Of a stretch of 64,000 nt of DNA, positions 48,924-61,062 are shown piece after piece. The translations under genes were made by a program, and so were the position numbers. The notes beneath the pieces were generated by a model. The model was not told the origin of the DNA and did not search any database. It saw only the letters and a list, made by a program, of their open reading frames with translations. This stretch comes from Podarcis liolepis (Eukaryota): assembly GCA_965112155.1 (NCBI GenBank), contig OZ218105.1; one strand, 5' to 3'. Numbering within the stretch: the first letter of the stretch is position 1; each line of letters opens with the position of its first letter.

Positions 48924-51900
48924 TAGCTCCTTCACACAAGGAATATGTGAAGATGAATTGGCTCTTTCCTGGTTCCCAAATTGTATCCATAATCAGAGTG
49001 ATGACTAGATTGCATATATTTTTTGTGAAGGCAGCAAGGCCTCTTGTTGAATTCATAGGGACACCACCCAATCATGGCAAGCAGTGATATTTGGCAACTG
49101 GAATTTTATTCCACCTTGTGTTTTTGACAGAACTGAAATATGTATTTCAATCAGTAGCACTGCATCAAAGCCACATCACCACAGATGGCCTAAGGTTCTT
49201 CCCTTCACTTGTCTTAAGCATGAATACGGCTGGATCTTAGTGGAGAAAAATGTATCACAGAGAACACAGAAAATGTGGGAAGAAAATGTTCAAAGGAAGA
49301 TTCCAAAAATATAAAAGGAAGCAACAGTACCACAGCCACCAGCAGCAGTTTCACATCCTTACAACCAATACAGAAATCCCTGCTTTTCCCATTGTAAGGA
49401 AAGGGGTACTGTAAACAAGGCAATCACTGGTATATGTACTGAGCAGTAAAGACCAGAAAATGCAATATATACACAGACATACACACACATATGATATATA
49501 ACTATTTTTAAAGCCCTGAAGAAGTACATATAGCTGCCTATGTGAGGGATAGCAAAAAACAAATCTGTAGGCCAGCAACTGATACATTACTGTTCCTGCC
49601 TATTCATTCATAATTGTAGCCCACATCTCAAGAAATAGATCTGTTTCTCTTTTTCATATCTATCTGCCTGGCCTGTCAAAGCTGTACTAGATTACTTTTC
49701 CCCCCTCACTGTACTAAACTGTGGTTTTCCAAATAAATTATTACACCACTCTTGGCTTGCAGCAATACCATGGCAGAATGGATAAACAATTCACATGGCT
49801 CAGCCATCACTCTAAATCTTCATCAGACACTGTTTCTGTGGCTGAGCCCCTTTATCTTGAATGTGTCATTCCTAATTTTCCGTTTCAGGTTCTTTCCACA
49901 TTATTTCATATTGGCTTGAATTGCAGTACATATGTCCATGAAAAACTGGCAACGCACAAAACTAACTGCACTAGCTCTCTCACAGAGATGCGGGTCTGGA
50001 AGACAGGGAGTGGGGAATCCCAGTCATTTGACCACACAGTTACGGCAAATGATAACTCCCATACAGAAATTGTTGATAATGTTTTCATGGGTGGATGGGG
50101 TCATAGGGTTCCAGATGTTGGTCTGTTTATTGAGCATTCACCTTGATTTGTTTACACAAAGCTTATGTGGAGGTTTGACTATGTCGGCCCATTATTGAGC
50201 ATTCATCCTAATTCATTCATGGGGCAGTTATACAACCATGAGCATTCATCCTGATTTCCTGAGTTGCTCCAGCCCCCTGAACATTGTCTCTTTTCCCCCC
50301 ACTTTCCTGACAAAGGCTTGCCCTTATTTGTTCTTTATCACAGAACCTTTACCACTGCCTTTCCCCATATCAACCAGCCTTTTACAAATTTGCTGCCCCT
50401 TATCTTGGCAAAGTCTCTCTTTGCTTCTTTGGTCTGTCTTCCACTGCCCAGCTGACTTGGAATGAACCGAGTCTGTCAGGGATAAAAACTTTCCTCCTAT
50501 TCTGGGATTTCCTCCCAATGCAAATGGCAGCTTCAGAGAATAGATTTTCCTCAGCTCCTCAACAGGAGAGGAATGGGTTAATCCCTGCCTCCCCACCTGC
50601 TGCGATCCCAATAATTATCATAAAAAGTAAAGATGCATTTCTGCTTCGGGCCCCAGAGACTTGTGCATAAGTTAATTACAAAGGTCTGGTTTAAACACGA
50701 TGCTACAGAGTTCCAGTGGAAAAGCTTCACATGGCCAGTGTGAGATTTAAAAGGCACAGACACATGCGGCATGCCCACCTGGTCAGCAGAAGATGGACTT
50801 GCTATTCTTCCACATATATATGGGCTGGTGAATGGGGCGGGGAGCTGCTAAACATGACACCGACTCTGTATTTAGATGCTTGGGGCTAATGTGCATGGGC
50901 TGAAAATGGTGAGGGGAATTCCTGTTCTCAACATCCTTGCATGAATAAGCTCCGCTTAAGACCTTCCACATCCCTGGGAAGCTGCCAAGCAGGGCCACTG
51001 AGTGGCCAGCTGCCTAGCCTTCTCCCCCCCCCCCCCCAAAGCTGGTGGGGAGGTCACCATTTTCTTTTCCTCACAATTCACGGCTGTTGCATCAGTCCAG
51101 TACATTTTGAGAAAGACAAAATGGTAGCTAGAAGGAAGTTTTCCCTCACCTCATACTTGTTGGGTTTTTTTAAGAGCTCACCGCTTTACTGTGTGTGTTA
51201 CAAGGTGCCACACCACACACACAAACAAACAAATCTTAAGAGGCCCACCCACAGAGGAAGTAAAACAGCCAGGGCATTTTGCTCAGACCTAAAGCCAGCC
51301 CCAATCAAAGCCCCACAGTCAGAGAGATCAGTGGGTACATATTTTATTCTGTTCCTCTACAATACATTATGCAATTGGTTTGGTAAATAGTTGTGCCATA
51401 AGTACGTACTCCATAAATTACATAGGGTTGATTTTTTTTTTAAGCTGAACATCAGGACAAAGTATGCTAAAAGGATTTCCATATTTTACTATGAATTATG
51501 ATATTATCCATCATGCTAACTATACTTTAAGAAAGCTTTCCTTTCTTCTCTACATAATATTGTCCATAACCCTCCCCTTTCTAACTGCATGCAGGTGCAT
51601 GTTTTCAACCACTCTCCACAGTATCTTAACAATCATTGCAAATCCCACTTATCCAAACTAGTGATTAAAAACCTTTAAGGAGACGCTGCTTAATTAAAAG
51701 CAAAGTAGACATTTATTATGCATTTAGTATGCCAGTTTGGCTATGACCTAAGCACCATTCTCTAATTACTTTTTTTTTTATTCTTTCACATATTACAGCA
51801 AACAATATGATAATGTGAAAGCAACATAATAGCTTATTCAAAACACTTGTGCTCAGTTTTGAAGTATTATTAGTACAGTTGTATTGGGGAAAAGAGAACC

Positions 51901-52030
51901 TAATCCAACAGCCAGGATTAGAAATACCGGTAAGTGTAAATGGAGACAGAGACATTGCTTTTTTGGTAAAAATGAAGACCCAGTACTCATACCTTGATAA
52001 AAGTGCCATTGGTACCAGTGCATAAATGAG

Positions 52031-52263
52031 AGGAGGAGGAGGAGTTTGAATTTGATATCCCGCTTTATCACTACCCGAAGGAGTCTCAGCTAACATTCTC
52101 CTTTTCCTTCCTCCCCCACAACAAACACTCTGTGAGGTGAGTGGGGCTGAGAGACTTCAGAGATGTGTGACTAGCCCAAGGTCACCCAGCAGCTCCATGT
52201 GGAGGAGCAGAGACACGAACCCGGTTCCCCAGATTACGAGTCTACCACTCTTAACCACTACAC
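52031..52263 (-). mobile_element. tRNA-derived CORE/MIR-like SINE, relatively young
   Basis: Minus strand starts GTGTAGTGGTTAAGAGTGGTAGACTCGTAATCTGGGGAACCGGGTTCG (A and B boxes); core gtgaccttgggctagtcac; (TCC)n tail. Confidence 0.85.
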
Positions 52264-52591
52264 TTCAGAAAGAACCAGCCTTGGGAGAAAACGAGCTGCC
52301 TTCGGCTTAGGCTGTGATGTAAACCCCACTAGCACAAATCAGAAGTGATATTGTAGGGTGAGTTCTAGAATAACATAAAGTTCTCACCTCTCTGGTGCAA
52401 GTTGATTCAGTACTCTGGAAAAGACATGCTGTTTGCTCATCCCCCATGGCTCATTCTGGGACAACCTGTTAAGTTGGAGAGTATAAGACACCTGGTGTAA
52501 TTAGTTCTAAACTATTTACATAATGTTTGCTTAATGTTTGACTACATTATTTCTACTGCATATGCACTAAATGTTTCTTGAGGTGTGGGGG

Positions 52592-52904
52592 TAGAATCAT
52601 AGAATCGTAGAATTGTAGAGATGGAAGGGACCCTGAGGGTCATCTAGTCCAGCCCCCTGCAATGCAGGAATATCAACTAAACCATCCATGGCAGATGGCA
52701 ATCCAACCTCTGCTTACAAACCTCCATGGAAGGAGAGTCCACCACCTTCTGAGGGAGTCCATTCTACTCTCACCAACAGAAAGTTCTTCCTCATATTCAG
52801 TTGGAATCTCCTTTCTTGTAATTTGGATCCACTGGTTCGGGTTCTAACCTCTGGAGCAAGTGAAAAGGAGCTTCCTCCATCCTCCATGTGACAGCCCTTT
52901 AGAT
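52592..52904 (-). mobile_element. CR1 3' fragment (second subfamily)
   Basis: tagaatcatagaatcgtag tail; antisense to the CR1 ORF2 end. Confidence 0.88.
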
Positions 52905-52981
52905 ACCATATCTCCTCTCTATGGGGATTGTTTGTTATATGTATGTATTTTAGACCCTGAAAAAATAAAGTTAAGGATGAT

Positions 52982-53130
52982 CAGTGCTTTTTTTCTGGGG
53001 GGAAGCAGCAGTAAGCATACCCCTAAACATTTTGTGAATCTAAGTTTGGCCTCATTGAGGGGCAGTATTTCAATATGAGTAGGAAAATGACAGTACCCCT
53101 AAACATTTTTTTTAGGAAAAAAAAGCACTG
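52982..53130. mobile_element. hAT MITE, 149 bp
   Basis: TIR cagtgcttttttt / aaaaaaagcactg; perfect 8-bp TSD AGGATGAT at 52974-52981 and 53131-53138. Confidence 0.92.
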
Positions 53131-53489
53131 AGGATGATAATAATAATAAACATAAACATTAGGTTCTCAGGAAAGCACTCTATGACATGATTTCAAAAGT
53201 GTGTTGAGTCAACTTTTCATGGAGCTGTATCCAGGGACAAATTTCTAGGATTCTCCTCAGAATAAATGAATGTCCCTTTTGAAGAGAATGTTTGAGCTGA
53301 TGTTCTGTTTCTGAACTGTCCCACTTTAGACTAGATTGACTCTTCCTCTAGAACATGGACTACAGTTGTGCTGCCTATGTTTGATGGGAATTGTAGTCCA
53401 AAATGCATTGTCACCACCAAGTTGGAGATGTGAGGAAGAAGAGTTCTAACCTGACTTAAGGGACTCCTTAACATGCTAGTTTACTATGA

Positions 53490-53490
<1 letters not shown>

Positions 53491-53521
<31 letters not shown>

Positions 53522-53866
53522 GTCGTTTAGTTGTGTCCGACTCTTTGTGACCCCATGGACCAGAGCACGCCAGGCACTCCTATCTTCTACTGCCTCCCGC
53601 AGTTTTGTCAAACTCATGCTGGTAGCTTCAAGAACACTGTCCAACCATCTCATCCTCTGTCATCCCCTTCTCCTTGTGCCCTCAATATTTCCCAACATCA
53701 GGGTCTTTTCCAGGGAGTCTTCTCTTCTCATGAACTGGCCAAAGTATTGGAGACTCAGCTTCAGGATCTGTCTTTCCAGTGAGAACTCAGGGGTGATTTC
53801 CTTAAGAATGGATAGGTTTGGTCTTCTTGCAGTCCATGGGACTATCAAGAGTCTCCTCCAGCACCA
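53491..53866 (-). mobile_element. BovB (RTE clade LINE) 3' fragment
   Basis: ORF 53660..53848 VPWTARRPNLSILKEITPEFSLERQILKLSLQYFGQFMRREDSLEKTLMLGNIEGTRRRG; (CAA)n tail. Confidence 0.95.
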
Positions 53867-55061
53867 TATGGAGTAGAGCTATTTATTTATTTGTTTTGCA
53901 TAGTGTCATATGATTCCCCTATCTGCAGTGGGACAGTTTAGAAGCAGGGTTATCACTGATTTGTTGCTTACTAGAATTACACCAAAGTCCGCAGGGAAAA
54001 TTAGTTGCAACTAACTGCAGTCCCTTTGTTTTCAATGGACATATGCATGAGGGGCAGCTTATCTGGATGTTGGCTTATCTGGACAACCACACAGCATAGC
54101 TGTTCAGTGTGTAAGTGCTCTTTGAATTAGTTCTAAAAGTGATCTCATATCCAGCAAACTTCATGCTAGAACCAGCTGTTTGTACTGAGATGGGATTATC
54201 CTTACCAGTAATTTACCTTATCAAAATTCAACAAGCAGTCCAGTTATCAGGCATGTGACATTGTGACATTCCTCCAAGGAATTCAATACTGGTTCAAGAT
54301 TCAGCTCTACAGCTGCAAATAAAATGTTTTAAATGTGTTGTAAAGTGCAATATACAAATGTGACACTAGATGGCAAATGTGAGCTATGGCAAAATCAATG
54401 TGTTTTTCAAAACGTTTTTTAAAAAAAGCATTTTCACAGCTTTTTTTTATATGTGTGTAGATTCCATCCCAGTGGGCTTCATGGCTGAGTGGGGATTTGA
54501 ACCCAGGTCCCTCCTGTCCTTGTCCACCACTCTAACCACTACAGCACAGTCAATACAAATTGGGATACAGAAGATCCCGGTTCAGATCCCTGCTTATCTA
54601 GGAAGTTCAGGGTACAAAATTAGATGATGCAGACTATCTGTGATTAGAATTTTCCTATGGGAAAACAGGGCAGACCCGTTTGTGAAATGCTGTCCCTGAT
54701 GAGGTGTACTTGACTCCTTGCTATTAACATTCAGGAAGAATTTTTAAAACATTCCTTTTCACTCCCATTTCATGGCTTTAGAATACTGCTCCTGTCTGGG
54801 AGAATATGTGGCTGTTTTAAAAATGTTTAAAGACGTTCTCAGCATTTTCATTTATTTTATTTTTAATCATATTCTTTTGCTGCTTGGTTGGTTGGGTTGT
54901 CCTGGGCTTCTTTTGGGAGGGGTAGAAATTTAAGTAACAAATAAATTGTCTCTGTAAAAATAAAAATACAGCTGCTGGGAGACCAGTCCAAATAAGGATC
55001 GTAATCCGCATTTAAATGAATGCTTTTCCCAATTAAAATTCCTCCCCCAGTTACTATTGGG

Positions 55062-55226
55062 ACATAGGAAACTGCCTTATACCAAGTCAGACCATTGGTC
55101 CTTCTACCTCAGCAATGTTTACACTGACTAGCAGTAGCTGAGGAACTTCCGAGCCCTGGCAGGAGATGCTGAGGTTTGACCCTGGGACCTTATGAATGCA
55201 GCACAGGTGCTCTTCCACTGACCTAC
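55062..55226 (-). mobile_element. tRNA-headed SINE with CR1-like tail
   Basis: Minus-strand head GTAGGTCAGTGGAAGAGCACCTG...GGTCCCAGGGTCAAACC; tail cataggaaactgccttatac. Confidence 0.7.
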
Positions 55227-55324
55227 TCACAGAGTTGGGGACCACAGATGCACTTACAATATGATTAAGGGTCCCCCTATGGGGCATATAGCATGAGAAT
55301 TGTAACTGGGGGAACACTTAATTT

Positions 55325-55690
55325 TTATTATTTTAAATTTTGAATTTATATACTGCTCTATATCCGGAGGTCTCAGGGCGGTTCACAGAACAAAATCAAA
55401 ATATAAAACCACAAAATATATAATCAAAATAAAACAACCCAATAACACCCTCTCTCCCCCCCCCCAAAGGGCACATTTTAAAAGGCCATAGGATGTCAAT
55501 CAAATCAACCAAAGGCCTGGTTAAAATGGAACGTTTTTGCCTGGCGCCTAAAGGTGTATAATGAAGGCACCAGATGAACTTCCCTGTGGAGAGCATCCCG
55601 CAGACGGGGAGCCACTGCAGAGAAGGCCTGTTCTCGTGCTGCCACCCTCCAGACCTCTTGAGGAGAAGGCACACGAAGAAGGGGAGCATG
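55325..55690 (-). mobile_element. L2 LINE 3' end (second family), close to the gap
   Basis: Translates LLRVPSPQEVWRVAAREQAFSAVAPRLRDALHREVHLVPSLYTFRRQAKTFHFNQAF. Confidence 0.88.
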
Positions 55691-55738
55691 AGGGAGAAAA
55701 GTCTCTGAAGGAACATGATAAAGAAAAGTCTCTGGGGA

Positions 55739-56107
55739 NNNNNNNNNNNNNNNNNNNNNNNNNNNNNNNNNNNNNNNNNNNNNNNNNNNNNNNNNNNNNN
55801 NNNNNNNNNNNNNNNNNNNNNNNNNNNNNNNNNNNNNNNNNNNNNNNNNNNNNNNNNNNNNNNNNNNNNNNNNNNNNNNNNNNNNNNNNNNNNNNNNNNN
55901 NNNNNNNNNNNNNNNNNNNNNNNNNNNNNNNNNNNNNNNNNNNNNNNNNNNNNNNNNNNNNNNNNNNNNNNNNNNNNNNNNNNNNNNNNNNNNNNNNNNN
56001 NNNNNNNNNNNNNNNNNNNNNNNNNNNNNNNNNNNNNNNNNNNNNNNNNNNNNNNNNNNNNNNNNNNNNNNNNNNNNNNNNNNNNNNNNNNNNNNNNNNN
56101 NNNNNNN
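55739..56107. other. Assembly gap (369 N)
   Basis: Run of N. Confidence 1.
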
Positions 56108-57052
56108 TCCCAATCTGAACCTCCACTTTGGCTCTCATATGGCTATAGACCAGTCATTACCTCTTGGTGTAAACTTCCTTATAAGACTGTCAAATGATGT
56201 GAAGAAATCTTGAAAACTGCCCTGAGTCCTTGAGGGACTCCAAAAGTAAGTGGGTGCCTTGTGTTCACCCCCAAACATCCTGCACTCTTCCTGTAATAAA
56301 TTAATAGGGTGTGTGTTGGGGGCTCACCACTATAAAAATGTGAGCATGACAGTGCTGAGGAAGCAGCGAGCCCAGCTGCTCACGTGAGAATGCACCTTTG
56401 TTGTTCTGTTTGTTAATCGTTATTGCTTTTAACAGCGACATTTGACCTCTTTAGCTGCCTGTGTGTAGCGAAGTGTTCCTAGCTCACACCTGGTGTTGGT
56501 AATAAAGCACAGCATGCATAAATAATGAAGATATGTTTGTGAAACTTCACTAACTGGCAACTGCCTGTGACAGAGATCTTCCGAGACGGTGTTAATGGAG
56601 ACAGCTCACGACAGAATGTCCAATTAAAGTGTTTGTGTTTTTTTCAAATGAGACTGGACCATAAAAGGAAAGAAATGAAGAAATGACTACAGCATGCTGA
56701 TAATATACTGTAACAATGTATTTCTAAACGCAGAATGATACTCCCTCTTGGAAAAATATAAGCTGTATGTCATAAAATATTGCCCTCTTTGCTCCATGAG
56801 GTGCTTTTCTTTAATACTTCTGCAAGGCATATGGTGAGTGGATCTCCTGTCACCACATGAATGGCAAACCTTGAAAATCAAGGTGGATGAGCTTGTGGGA
56901 GGGATAAGGAAGTTGGAGGAAGACTGTTACCTGGAGGTGACTGTTAAAATCACCTCATGAACAGTGGAATGGTGGTAAATTTTGATGTGCAGGAGCTCAT
57001 CAAAGAGTCACAGAGAGTCCAAAAATGCAGGCAGCTGTGTTGATTTATCATA

Positions 57053-57145
57053 CTTTCTCTTTCTCTTTCTCTTTCTCTTTCTCTTTCTCTTTCTCTTTCT
57101 CTTTCTCTTTCTCTTTCTCTTTCTCTTTCTCTTTCTCTTTCTCTC
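57053..57145. repeat. (CTTTCT)n polypyrimidine microsatellite
   Basis: About 15 perfect hexamer units; source of the RE/RK/LF repeat ORFs. Confidence 0.97.
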
Positions 57146-57361
57146 CACACACATCCCCCAAATAACAGCCGTGCACACCCAATTTATCAACAGTCACAGA
57201 ACAGTACAGTAATAACTGAGGACAGCTGATGAGGCACTTCTGGTTGTGTCATAGCAAAGTGCAGAGGTTAACACTGCAAGGACTCAAACAGGTCAATGTC
57301 ACAGGAAGCTGCTTTATACTGAGTCAAACCACTGATCCATCTAGTTCTATACTGTCTACAC

Positions 57362-57497
57362 CAGGCTTCCTCTACCTCAGCCCTCCAGGTTTTTTTGGCC
57401 TACAACTCCCATGATCCCTAGCTAGCAGGACCAGTGGTCAAGAATGCTGGGAATTGTAGTCTCAAAACATCTGGAGGGCCGAGGTTGAGGAAGCCTA
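57362..57497. mobile_element. Hairpin hAT MITE (136 bp) inserted in a SINE fragment (57302-57527)
   Basis: TIR caggcttcctc / gaggaagccta; perfect 8-bp TSD GTCTACAC at 57354-57361 and 57498-57505. Confidence 0.92.
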
Positions 57498-58752
57498 GTC
57501 TACACCGACTGGCAGGGTTTCAGACACAATGGCAGAAGCTTCTATCAAGTACATTGAGCAACCACCAGAGAAGCATTGCAATGTCAAGGTGCATCCCATC
57601 CCATTTGCTGCATCCCTTCTGCATCTGTGTGAAACACACCAGCTTTGTGTACAAATTGAGCTCGAATTACAGCATTGGCATTCAAGCAAAATTGAAAGCA
57701 TTGCCAGAAAGTACAGAACTCCTCCGACAGCATTAACGTGCAAACACAATTTTCCTCACAATAATTAGCTTATTTGCATTGTACTTGTTTGGCACCACAA
57801 CATATTCACTCAGTGCGATTTACGTGTGAAGCTTTAATTTGTTTCAATAGAAATACAGAGGAGAAATGTGCAAAGCTATACTTGCGGTCAAAATAAAAAT
57901 CATCCTAGTTTCAGAACGAGAATAATTATTGATCATTTTGAGTTAAATAATTTCCAGAGAGAAACAGACTAATTATATTTGTGTCAATTACCTAAACTAC
58001 ACTGTTTCCATACCAAAAAAAAAAGTTATTTTCCTTATCACTGACTTTCTCAAACTACAGCCTGGCTTATATTAAGACAATCAAAGGGGGCATTCTTGTC
58101 GTGCTCTAAGAATGAGCATATGGCCACTCGGACAGACATCAAAAATAAAGAGCTTGCGCTAATGTAATAATCTTGACTAAACCCAAATAAGGAGCTGAGC
58201 CACACATCAACCTTCCTTCCTTCAGAGCTAATATAAAGTCTGTTACTTGAAGGGTTTTTAAGAAAACAAAAAAAACCTTCAGCCTCGTCATACCTTTCTT
58301 TCAAGGAATATATTAACCCCCTCAGTCTTCTTTCATAACTAAAATGAAGTCTACAAACACGTAAGTCCATTTCTGACATTCAGCTCTTGTACTTTTGCAG
58401 AGCAGTGAAGGAACAAATTGTTCAATTCATTATATAATATAGAATAATAATTCATTGCATCTCTTGTTATTTCTTACTCGCTTCCAACATTAGATTGCTT
58501 TCTCCTTTGCTGTTTAGCATACTGTGTGTATTAATTTTCAAGAATAAGTGAATATCTCATGGTTTAGGCGGAGAAATATTATTCCGGGTGGATTGGTCCT
58601 ACAGGCGAGTAAGTGCTCCACAAGTGGTATTGGTACACATAATTCAAAACAGTCCAGCAACTAATAAAGTCCTGAACACAGACTAGAGGAGTGAGGGAGA
58701 AAAATGACTAGGCAGGTTCTTATAGTAATGCTTCCATTCAATTTGAATGGAG

Positions 58753-59022
58753 CTAAGGCAGCTGTGGCCCGTGGGTGCCACATGCAGTCCTCCGGACTTC
58801 CCTATCTGGACCTTGATATTTTCCATAGGCCATGCCTCCTCACTAAGCCACACCCTTCACATCTTCATCCAGGTTTATTTTTTACTTGGATGAACAAACT
58901 GTATGAATGCCTCTTGATTGTACAAAGTCACATCTGTTGCTCCACCCACTTTGGGCATGTGGCCCTCAGAAGGTTGCCTGCTTGGAATGTGGCCCTTAGA
59001 TTGAAAAGAGTTCCCCACGTTG
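58753..59022. mobile_element. Degenerate hAT (Charlie-like) element
   Basis: Repeated tgtggccc subterminal motifs; right end aaaagagttccccac; boundaries approximate. Confidence 0.55.
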
Positions 59023-59199
59023 TGCTTTAAACCACTTTGTACGTTTTCTTTACAATCAACCTGTATATAAATTTTATGAAATAAAAATAAAATAAATTTG
59101 AAAGTATGGTCCCCTTTTTCAGTATCTGTAACAAACACAGAGAAAAGGGAAGTCCAAGGGTTCAAGACCTAATCTACTAAAGTGTGACACAGCAATTTA

Positions 59200-59896
59200 C
59201 CGTATTTTTCGCTCTATAACACGCACCTGACCATAACACGCACGTAGTTTATAGAGGAGGAAAACAAGAAAAAAAATATTCTAAATGAAACAGGGGATGT
59301 ATGATTTTTGTGGTTCATGCTGTGGCCACAGACATGTGATCTGACGGTGAGTTTGGGGTAGCCCAATGCAAAACTCCTGAGGATCCATGTCGATCCATCC
59401 TTTGTAACCACGTTTTAAGTGGGGAGGGAAGGAAAAGCACTCAAGGGACAAGGAGCACGTGTGGGGTGGGTGGAGAAGGATGCTGCTAATAATGCAGAAG
59501 AGGGGTATAAGAGGAGAAGGCTCCTCTCCCGCTTTGCTCCATTAAAGAAAGCAGGCTCTGCTTCTCTCCCTCCTCCCCGGCTTAGAGAGCTGAAAAGCTT
59601 TGCTGCTGTTTAGCGAGCTGAGTGGGGAGGCGAGAGGGACACAGAGCACAGTTGCTTTAAAGCAGCCAACCAGACAGGAGCCGCTTACACCTGTGTAAGC
59701 GGCTCCTCTCCCGCTTTGCTGTTTCAAAGCGAGCCACGGAGGAGGGAAGGAAGGGGAACCATGGATCCTCTGCTCACGACTGCAGGAGATCCCCCCCACC
59801 ACCACCACCCATAGGCATTCGCTCCATAACACGCACAGACATTTCCCCTTACTTTCTAGGAGGAAAAAAGTGAGTGTTATGGTGCAAAAAATACGG
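59200..59896 (+). mobile_element. Tc2-like MITE, 697 bp
   Basis: TIR ccgtatttttcgctctataacacgcac / gtgagtgttatggtgcaaaaaatacgg; TA TSD; right subterminal block shared with 28772-29356. Confidence 0.9.
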
Positions 59897-61002
59897 TATA
59901 TGTCTTCGTTGCTTTTTTGCCTATGGGTTTATGCTCCTCCCAACTGAATTGTAAATCACTTCATATGTTTCAAAAGGAATTGAAAGCTATAATCACTTTC
60001 TGGTATACTTCAGACAATTTACTTGAAACTGTTATCTAATTATTTGTTATGAGTTTTCTCTGAAGGCACTATAATTTTTTTTAATAATTCTGGGAATTAT
60101 TTTTTTTGCACCATCATTACAAACTCTATCCTCAGCCATGCATTATCTGAGTTTGGTTTTATGTGAGATGAGTTCATATTAAATTATTGTTGCTAAACTG
60201 TTATTCATCCCACTTTGCCGTTCACAGTTGCTGCTTACAAGAATTCTGATTCATCATAGCAATTTCTAAAACTTTTACTATTGTCATTATCATTGCAAGC
60301 ACTGTTCATGAATAAATATCCAAATACTAATCAGGAATGCAAATGGCATTATACAACAGGAAAGACAAATGATATGATAACAGTGTATATTTCCCCTGTG
60401 TCACTGAAACAGGGCAAGAGACTGGGCCACCCCTTTATAAAAGATATATAGTGAAATGCATTCATGTGAATCCCATTAATCTAACCACTTTCCAGTCTGA
60501 TCAAAGAGGCAGATGATACCAACCATTTGGCCATTCACAGAGCCAGCCATGTCATTAGGCAGAGTGGGGTAGTCTCCTCAGGTTGCCACTTTGGGGTATC
60601 CTGAAAGGTCAACAAATCATTTCTTATTTGGTGTGTGCCAGGGAACAGCAGAGGCGTTTGTAGACTTTTCTGTCTCCGCTACCAAAATAACTTGACTGGC
60701 CTCAAGTGCTATGGTTCTTGACTTCGGCACGTATGTTGTTTGCTGCTCAACCTCAGGCAGCAAAACATCTTGGTTCAGCCCTGGCCACTCCTGATATGGG
60801 TTACTCTGCCATGGGTCAGGGTGGACAACAATATTCTCAAGCCCTCACAGCCAAGCTTATACCACTCCTCCACGCTAATTGAGCTGTGGATGTTGAAGAT
60901 GGCTTCTTCTCAGAGGTCTTGCCCAACCAGTTAAAATATGCTTCAGCTGCTCTGAGTCTGTGTGAAAACATCATCCTAGAAGAATTGCTTTGGGGTGCTT
61001 AC

Positions 61003-61062
61003 CTTCCTGAAATCTCTTTCCTCCATATCCATGCTGGCTTGCTCCAAAGTTGTGTCAGTCAA
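61003..61062 (-). CDS. Candidate 60-nt exon of an unidentified gene (LTDTTLEQASMDMEERDFRK)
   Basis: Minus-strand acceptor ttttttttttaatcAG, donor AAG/GTAAGC, length divisible by 3, only frame 0 open; no homology recognised. Confidence 0.3.

Noticed and set aside
49721-50146. 141-aa ORF (and the 149-aa ORF at 50941..51390)
   Set aside because: Non-ATG start or low-complexity composition, no domain motifs, no splice context.
50127-50257. CRISPR-like repeat-spacer pattern
   Set aside because: Only three degenerate repeats, unequal spacers, vertebrate context, no cas genes; kept only as an unexplained repeat cluster.
56950-57212. RE-, RK- and LF-repeat ORFs
   Set aside because: Translations of the (CTTTCT)n microsatellite.
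58518-58608. Plus-strand segment between a strong acceptor and GA/GTAAGT
   Set aside because: Stops in all three frames; no evidence of transcription.
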